A stretch of DNA of 64,000 nt, from NCBI GenBank assembly GCA_963695545.1, contig OY968796.1, positions 1,408,001 to 1,472,000 on the forward strand, written 5' to 3'. This document shows positions 57,691 to 64,000 of the stretch, piece by piece. The first letter of the stretch is position 1. Each line of letters opens with the position of its first letter. This DNA is from Terriglobia bacterium (GTDB lineage Bacteria > Acidobacteriota > Terriglobia > Acidiferrales > UBA7541). The translations under genes were made by a program, and so were the position numbers. The notes beneath the pieces are model-generated. The model was not told the DNA's origin, ran no database searches, and saw only the letters and a program-made list of their open reading frames with translations.

Positions 57691-59006
57691 AAGCGAAGTC
57701 GAAACACGCGCGGCGGAAACCATCGCCTGCGGCCAGGCCTGCAACCGGAAAAATGGCGCAGGCTCTGCGCGACGAAGCCCGCCACCTGATGAATACCTAC
57801 AAGCGCCCTGCGCAGGTCTTCGTGCGCGGGCGTGGCTGCTATGTCTACGATCAAAAGGGCCGCGCGTATCTCGATTTTCTCGGCGGCATCGCGGTCAATG
57901 CGCTGGGCTACGCGCATCCGCGCATCGTTCGCGTGATTCGGCGGGAATCGGCGCGCGCGATTCACGTCTCAAATCTGTTTCACAACCCGTATCAGGGTCC
58001 GCTGGCGCGCAAGCTCGCGGAATGGTCCGGTATGGACCGCGCGTTTTTCACCAACAGCGGCACCGAAGCGGTTGAAGGCGCGCTGAAACTGGCGCGTCTT
58101 GCGGCGCATGCGAAATCCGGCGGCAAGAAAACGCGATTCCTGGCGCTTGAAAATTCCTTCCACGGACGCACGTTCGGCGCGCTTTCGATCACTTACGGCG
58201 CAAAGTATCGCGATCCGTTCGCTCCGCTGGTGCCCGGCGCGGAATTCGTGCGTTTCAACGACGTCGCCGATCTTGAATCGAAATTCGACGACTCCGTCTG
58301 CGCCATCGTCATCGAGCCGATTCAGGGTGAGGGCGGAATTTATCCGATCAGTCCCGCCTTCTGGCAGAAATCGCGCCAATTGGCCACGCGTTACGGCGCC
58401 GCACTGATCGCCGACGAAATTCAGTGCGGCTTGGGCCGCACCGGTCGCCATTTCGCTTACCAGCGCTTGCCGGGATTGCCGGACATCGTTGTGGTGGCGA
58501 AATCCCTTGGCGGCGGTTTGCCGCTCGGATCGTTTTTGGCGCGCGAAGAATTCGCGTCCGCGTTTTCGCCGGGTCTGCATGGCTCGACCTTCGGCGGCGG
58601 GCCGCTGATCTGCGCCGTTGGCCTTGAATTCCTGGCCACGGTTGAAGAAGAAGATTTGCTCGAGAACGTCCGAGCACGCGGCGCGCAGCTTCGCAAGGGC
58701 TTCGCGCAATTGGCGGCCAAATTTGATTTCATTCGCGAGTTTCGCGGCGAAGGATTGATCCTCGGCCTGGACCTGCGAGTGGAAGGCGGTCCTTACGTCG
58801 CGGAAGCCATGCGCCGAGGCTTGCTCATCAATTGCACGCACGATCACGTGCTTCGCTTTCTCCCGCCGTTCATCCTCACGGCGCGGCAAGCGGAGCAGGG
58901 ATTGGCTGTGCTCGAATCCGTGCTTGCCGAGACCGCGCGTCCGCAGGAAGTCGCGACGCCAACCGGCGGCGAAGCCGCTGCGCTCGAAATGGCGGCCGCC
59001 AGGTGA
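57687..59006 (+). CDS. argD: Acetylornithine aminotransferase
   Basis: NSGTEA, FHGRT, EPIQGEGG, DEIQCGLGRTG, AKSLGGG, HGSTFGG; start may be ATG 57753. Confidence 0.93.
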   Translation: MKAKSKHARRKPSPAARPATGKMAQALRDEARHLMNTYKRPAQVFVRGRGCYVYDQKGRAYLDFLGGIAVNALGYAHPRIVRVIRRESARAIHVSNLFHNPYQGPLARKLAEWSGMDRAFFTNSGTEAVEGALKLARLAAHAKSGGKKTRFLALENSFHGRTFGALSITYGAKYRDPFAPLVPGAEFVRFNDVADLESKFDDSVCAIVIEPIQGEGGIYPISPAFWQKSRQLATRYGAALIADEIQCGLGRTGRHFAYQRLPGLPDIVVVAKSLGGGLPLGSFLAREEFASAFSPGLHGSTFGGGPLICAVGLEFLATVEEEDLLENVRARGAQLRKGFAQLAAKFDFIREFRGEGLILGLDLRVEGGPYVAEAMRRGLLINCTHDHVLRFLPPFILTARQAEQGLAVLESVLAETARPQEVATPTGGEAAALEMAAAR

Positions 59007-59013
59007 TCGCGCG

Positions 59014-59955
59014 ATGAACGCACTCGCTCCCACAGTCGAAGCGGCCAACGATCTGCTCACCGGCACCGAATGGGGCCCCGCGCAGGTGCGCGAGTTGCTT
59101 CAGCTCGCTGCTGACGTCAAGGCGCAGCCGGAACGCTATCGCGGCGCTTTGGGTGGCCGGTTTCTGGCGATGATCTTCGAGAAGCCTTCGCTGCGCACGC
59201 GCGTGACGTTTGAAGTCGGCATCCAAAGCCTGGGCGGCTCGGCTATTTTCTTGGATCACTCGAATGCGCGCCTTGGCGCGCGCGAATCGATCCCCGACGT
59301 GGCGCGCAATTTATCTCGCTGGGTCCAGGGAATCGTCGCGCGAGTCTTCGAGCAAAAAACGCTCGAAGTTCTCGCCGAGTACGCTTCGATCCCGGTCGTC
59401 AACGCGCTTTCCGACCGCTTCCATCCATGCCAGGCGCTTTCGGATTTCTTCACGCTCGAAGAGCGCTTTGGCGCCCTGCGCGGCTTGAAGCTCGCGTTCA
59501 TCGGCGACGGCAACAACATGTGCCATTCGCTGCTGCTCGCAGGGGCGCGCGTCGGCGCGCATCTGCGCGTGGCCTCGCCTGCGGGCTACGCGCCCGATCC
59601 GCAGATCGTCGCCGAAGCGCGGCGCACGGCCAAAGAAACGCGCGGCAAAATCGAATTGTTCCGCTCGCCGCAAGAAGCTGTTGCGGGCGCGCAAGCGGTC
59701 TACACCGACGTCTGGACCAGCATGGGCCAGGAATCCGAAACCGACGAGCGGGCCGCGAAATTCGCGCCCTATCAAGTGAACGATGAATTGATGTCGCTCG
59801 CCGCGCCGGACGCCGTGTTCCTGCATTGCTTGCCGGCGCATCGCGGCGCGGAAGTCACCGACGCCGTAATGGATGGGCCGCGCTCGATTGTCTTCGATCA
59901 AGCGGAAAACCGCCTGCATGTGCAGAAAGCCATCCTCTTGAAGCTTCTGGGTTGA
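59014..59955 (+). CDS. argF: Ornithine carbamoyltransferase
   Basis: [28 protein letters not shown]. Confidence 0.95.
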   Translation: MNALAPTVEAANDLLTGTEWGPAQVRELLQLAADVKAQPERYRGALGGRFLAMIFEKPSLRTRVTFEVGIQSLGGSAIFLDHSNARLGARESIPDVARNLSRWVQGIVARVFEQKTLEVLAEYASIPVVNALSDRFHPCQALSDFFTLEERFGALRGLKLAFIGDGNNMCHSLLLAGARVGAHLRVASPAGYAPDPQIVAEARRTAKETRGKIELFRSPQEAVAGAQAVYTDVWTSMGQESETDERAAKFAPYQVNDELMSLAAPDAVFLHCLPAHRGAEVTDAVMDGPRSIVFDQAENRLHVQKAILLKLLG

Positions 59956-59968
59956 AAGGAATTCCCCC

Positions 59969-61162
59969 GTGCCAAAGAAAGCGGTGCTCGCCTATTCAGG
60001 CGGGCTCGACACTTCGATCATTATCCCGTGGCTGAAGGAGACGTACGGCTGCGAAGTCATCGCCATGATTGGCGACGTCGGCCAGCAGGAAGATCTCGAA
60101 GCGGCCCGAAAAAAAGCGCTGGCGACCGGCGCGTCGAAAGCCACCATCGAAGATCTGCGCGAGGAGTTCATCACCGAATATATTTGGCCGACGCTTCGCG
60201 CCGGCGCCGTTTACGAACACAAATATTTGCTCGGCACTTCTTTCGCGCGACCCGTGATCGCCAAGCGCCAAGTGGAAGTGGCACTTGCTGAGGGCGCCGA
60301 TGCCGTGGCCCACGGCTGCACGGGCAAGGGCAACGATCAGGTGCGTTTTGAATTGACGTACAAGGCGCTCGGACCAAAATTGCAGATCCTCGCGCCTTGG
60401 CGCGAATGGAAAATCGCTTCGCGGGAGGACGCCATCGCTTACGCCAGCGCGCACGGCGTGCCCGTCGAGCAATCCAAGGCCAATATTTACAGCCGCGATC
60501 GCAATATCTGGCACTTGTCGCACGAAGGCGGCGTTCTTGAAGATCCCGCGAACGCCCCGGACGAAGCCATGTGGCAATGGATCGCTCCGCCGGAAAAAGC
60601 GCCCGCCACTGCGGCCGAAATTGAAATCGGATTCGAGGCCGGCACGCCGGTTTCCGTGAACGGAAAGCGTTTGGCGCCGCTTGCGCTGCTCACCGAGCTC
60701 AATCGCGTTGCCGCCGAACACGGAATTGGCCGCATCGATCTCGTTGAGAATCGTTTGGTCGGCATGAAATCGCGCGGCGCTTATGAAACGCCCGGAGGCA
60801 CGCTTCTTGTTGCCGCGCATCGCGAACTCGAGGCGCTGTGTCTCGATCGCGAGACCGCGCATTATTCCCAGATGCTTTCGTTGCGCTACGCCGACATGGT
60901 TTATTACGGCCTGTGGTTCACCGCGCTGCGCGAGGCCATGGATTCCTTCTTCTCGAAGGCGCAGGAGCGCGTCACCGGCGCCGTCGGCCTCAAGCTCCAC
61001 AAAGGCAATCTCACGATCACGCGCCGCACCTCGCCCTATTCGCTTTATCAAACCGATTTGGCCAGCTTCAGCATGGACCACTACAACCCGAAGGACGCCG
61101 AAGGCTTCATCAATCTTTTCGCGCTGCCGGTCACACTCGCTGCGCGGAAGGAGATTCCGTGA
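59969..61162 (+). CDS. argG: Argininosuccinate synthase
   Basis: [34 protein letters not shown]. Confidence 0.96.
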   Translation: MPKKAVLAYSGGLDTSIIIPWLKETYGCEVIAMIGDVGQQEDLEAARKKALATGASKATIEDLREEFITEYIWPTLRAGAVYEHKYLLGTSFARPVIAKRQVEVALAEGADAVAHGCTGKGNDQVRFELTYKALGPKLQILAPWREWKIASREDAIAYASAHGVPVEQSKANIYSRDRNIWHLSHEGGVLEDPANAPDEAMWQWIAPPEKAPATAAEIEIGFEAGTPVSVNGKRLAPLALLTELNRVAAEHGIGRIDLVENRLVGMKSRGAYETPGGTLLVAAHRELEALCLDRETAHYSQMLSLRYADMVYYGLWFTALREAMDSFFSKAQERVTGAVGLKLHKGNLTITRRTSPYSLYQTDLASFSMDHYNPKDAEGFINLFALPVTLAARKEIP

Positions 61163-62580
61163 GCGCCGGCGACGACTCCGGTTCCGGTAATAAGTTGTGG
61201 GGCGGCCGGTTTGAACGCCCGCCGGATAAAGTCTTCTACGAGTTTCAGCGCTCATTTTCCTTCGATCGCCGGCTTTTGCCGTACGAACTCGCCGTGGATC
61301 GTGCCTGGGCGCGCGCGCTCGAAGCCGTGGGCGTGCTGACTCGCGACGACGTGCACCGCACGATCCAGGCTCTTGAAGCCATCGGCACTCGCGCGGCAAG
61401 CGAACCCTCGTGGCTTGATGCTTCGCCCGCCGAGGACGTGCATTCCTTCGTCGAGCAGGCGCTCGTCGAGCGCGTGGGCGCGCTCGGCTACAAATTGCAC
61501 ACCGGCCGCAGCCGCAACGAACTCGTGGTCACGGATTTTCGTCTCTTTGTCCGCGACGCTTGCCGGCACACTCTCGCGCGGCTGGCAGGACTGATCCGCG
61601 CGCTCGTCGAGCAGGCCTCGCGAAATCTCGATGTGCCCATGCCGGGCATGACGCACCTGCAACACGCGCAGCCGATTCTGCTTTCCCATTTTTTGCTCGC
61701 GCACGCGGAGGCTTTTTTCCGCGACGCCGACCGCGTGAAAGCCGCGCGCGCCTCGGCTGACGCTTGCCCGATGGGCTCGGGCGCGCTGGCCGGCTGCGCT
61801 CTGGCCATCAACCGCGAGGCGCTGGCGCAGGAATTGGGTTTTTCGCGTCCCACGGCGAACAGCCTGGACGCCGCAAGCGATCGCGATTTCGCGCTCGATT
61901 ATCTCTATGCGCTGGCCGTCACGGCCACGCACATTTCGCGCCTCGCCGAAGATTTCGTGCTCTTCGCCTCGCAAGAGTTCGGTTTTCTCCTGCTGTCCGA
62001 CGAATTTTCGACCGGCAGCAGCCTGATGCCGCAAAAGAAAAACCCGGACGCTTGGGAATTGCTGCGCGGCAAGACTGGTCGCATTCAAGCGGCGCTCTCG
62101 AGCCTGCTCGTCACGCTAAAGGGATTGCCATCGAGCTACCAGCGCGATTTGCAGGAAGATAAAGAACCACTGTTCGCGGCCCACGATCAGACTGTCGCCA
62201 TTCTTGAAATCGCCGCTGGCGCGACAGCCGCTTCGCGTTTTCACGAAGCGCGATTGCGTCAAGCCGCCGCCGATCCTGCTCTGGTTTCAACCGAAGCCGC
62301 CGACTATTTGGTTCGCCGGGGCGTGCCGTTTCGCCAGGCGCACGAAATCGTCGGAAAAATCGTGCGCGAAGCCGAACGCGCCGGCGGTTCCTGGGCCGCA
62401 CTTCCGTTCGAACAACTCAAGAAATTTTCGCCGTTATTCGAGGCCGATCTGTACGCTGCGCTCACGCCCGAGGCGGCCCTCGCTGCCCGCGCGGTTCACG
62501 GTGGAACTTCTCCCGAACGAGTGCGCGAGGCTGTGGCCGCGGCCAAAAAACGTCTCGACGCATTTGAGGCTTCGGCGTGA
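61159..62580 (+). CDS. argH: Argininosuccinate lyase
   Basis: [29 protein letters not shown] overlaps the argG stop. Confidence 0.96.
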   Translation: MSAGDDSGSGNKLWGGRFERPPDKVFYEFQRSFSFDRRLLPYELAVDRAWARALEAVGVLTRDDVHRTIQALEAIGTRAASEPSWLDASPAEDVHSFVEQALVERVGALGYKLHTGRSRNELVVTDFRLFVRDACRHTLARLAGLIRALVEQASRNLDVPMPGMTHLQHAQPILLSHFLLAHAEAFFRDADRVKAARASADACPMGSGALAGCALAINREALAQELGFSRPTANSLDAASDRDFALDYLYALAVTATHISRLAEDFVLFASQEFGFLLLSDEFSTGSSLMPQKKNPDAWELLRGKTGRIQAALSSLLVTLKGLPSSYQRDLQEDKEPLFAAHDQTVAILEIAAGATAASRFHEARLRQAAADPALVSTEAADYLVRRGVPFRQAHEIVGKIVREAERAGGSWAALPFEQLKKFSPLFEADLYAALTPEAALAARAVHGGTSPERVREAVAAAKKRLDAFEASA

Positions 62581-63812
62581 GCGTGAAATTGACCGCACGC
62601 ATTTTGCCGCGCGGTTTCCGCTTCGCGGGTATGCACTGCGGCATCAAGAAAAGCGATCGCCTCGATCTCGGCTGGATCGTGGCTGACGCGCCTTGCACTG
62701 CTGCCGGCGTTTTCACCACCAATCGCATCAAGGCCGCGCCCGTCGTGCTGTCGCAAGCGCACGTGCGCCGCGCCGCATCACGCATGCGCGCCGTGGTCGT
62801 GAATTCGGGAAACGCGAATTGCGCCACCGGACCCGACGGCATGGAAGCTTCGCGCGCGACCGCCGTCGCCGCAGCGCGCTTGCTCGGATGCCGGCCCGAA
62901 CAAGTGCTCATCTGTTCGACCGGAGTGATCGGCGTGCCGCTGCCGGTGGACCGCATCGTCGGCGCGCTGCCGCGTTTGCTGCCGCAACTGGCGCGCGATG
63001 CGGCTTCCTACGAAGCGCTTGCGAAATCCATCTTGACCACGGACACGCGCCTCAAATGCGCCGCCGCGAGTTTCCGCATCGGCGGACGCACCGTGCGCGT
63101 GCTCGGCTGCGCCAAAGGCTCGGGCATGATTCATCCGCAGATGGCCACCATGCTCGCGTTTGTGATCACGGACGCGGCCGTTCCAGCGGGCATCTTGCAG
63201 CGCGCGCTGCGGGAGGTTACTGCGCGCACGTTCAATGTGATAACGGTCGACGGCGATACCTCGACCAACGACACAGTTCTGGTATTCGCAAGCGGGGCTT
63301 CGGGGGCGCCCGTCGTTCGCGCGGCGAAAGGAAGCAATTATCGAAATTTTGTCGCGGCGCTTGAAACTGTTTGCCGCGAACTCGCTCTCGCCATCGTCGC
63401 CGATGGCGAAGGCGCGAGCCACCTTGTCAAAATCGAAGTCCGCGGCGCGGCTTCCGATCGCGACGCGTATCTCGTCGCCACGACCATCGCGCATTCGCCG
63501 CTCGTCAAAACCGCCGTGGCGGGCTCCGATCCCAATTGGGGCCGTATCCTGGCCGCCGCGGGACGTTCGGGCGCGAAGCTCGATCCCGATCGCGTCGAAA
63601 TCTGGTTCGGCGGAGTCCGAATGTACGGCCAGCCACGCGGCGGAGGCGCGTCGCGCCCGCTGCCGTTTGATGAAGCAGACGCTCACCAGCGCCTGCTGGC
63701 TAATCAGGTCGACATAGGCGTCGATCTGAAGAAGGGCCGCGGCCGAGCCTGCGCCTGGACCTGCGACTTCACCACCCGATACATCGAGATCAACGCAAGC
63801 TACCGCACCTGA
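62577..63812 (+). CDS. argJ: Bifunctional glutamate N-acetyltransferase / ornithine acetyltransferase
   Basis: NSGNANC, KGSGMIHPQMATML, DTSTND, DGEGA, DPNWGR, INASYRT. Confidence 0.96.
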   Translation: MSVKLTARILPRGFRFAGMHCGIKKSDRLDLGWIVADAPCTAAGVFTTNRIKAAPVVLSQAHVRRAASRMRAVVVNSGNANCATGPDGMEASRATAVAAARLLGCRPEQVLICSTGVIGVPLPVDRIVGALPRLLPQLARDAASYEALAKSILTTDTRLKCAAASFRIGGRTVRVLGCAKGSGMIHPQMATMLAFVITDAAVPAGILQRALREVTARTFNVITVDGDTSTNDTVLVFASGASGAPVVRAAKGSNYRNFVAALETVCRELALAIVADGEGASHLVKIEVRGAASDRDAYLVATTIAHSPLVKTAVAGSDPNWGRILAAAGRSGAKLDPDRVEIWFGGVRMYGQPRGGGASRPLPFDEADAHQRLLANQVDIGVDLKKGRGRACAWTCDFTTRYIEINASYRT

Positions 63813-64000
63813 ACTCGTCGCCCCAGCACGTACTTATCGCGGCAATACCAGATCAGCTACGGCCCCGCCCCGCTAAGTCCTTAGGTTCTGCATACTTTCC
63901 GTTGAAGTAATATTCTTTGGTTGACGCGATTCCCATTTAGGGAGAAGATGCCCGCCATCGCTGAGGCGGCGAGGGTTCCCGCGGAGCAACAAGTCTTCAT

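Noticed and set aside
59014..59955. N-acetyl- or N-succinylornithine carbamoyltransferase, suggested by SLRT
   Set aside because: The DVWTSMG loop and HCLP are hallmarks of ordinary ornithine carbamoyltransferase, and argJ supplies ornithine.
63921..64000. Possible promoter (TTGACG-N17-GAAGAT) and start of a structured RNA at the right edge
   Set aside because: Weak -10 and truncated by the window end, so it cannot be assigned.

Overview
A GC-rich bacterial chromosome segment, most likely Acidobacteriota (inferred from two ADOP-type duplicated permeases with a short PadR regulator; lpxC indicates a diderm). Most of it is housekeeping: nrdJ, cdaA-cdaR-glmM, rplS/rnhB, modABC, lipA, lpxC, glmU-purQLF-lepB-purMN-tyrS, a TolC/EmrA/EmrB efflux operon carrying an ECF sigma factor, and a complete argR-argCBDFGHJ operon. 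There are two accessory patches. The first (about 15.8-19.0 kb) holds a RAYT transposase with its REPs, a DpnI-like endonuclease and a 39-bp repeat. The second (about 24.2-33.9 kb) holds a three-enzyme cassette bracketed by a duplicated lipA 5' end, followed by ADOP/PadR genes. The best novel candidate is an unannotated, roughly 120-nt minus-strand RNA downstream of glmM. It has a near-consensus sigma54 promoter, an upstream enhancer-like palindrome, a C(UACG)G hairpin, four GGGGUG motifs and an intrinsic terminator. The second-best candidate is a roughly 370-nt highly structured nrdJ leader behind tandem NrdR boxes. All calls come from reading motifs by eye; no database searches or folding programs were run.
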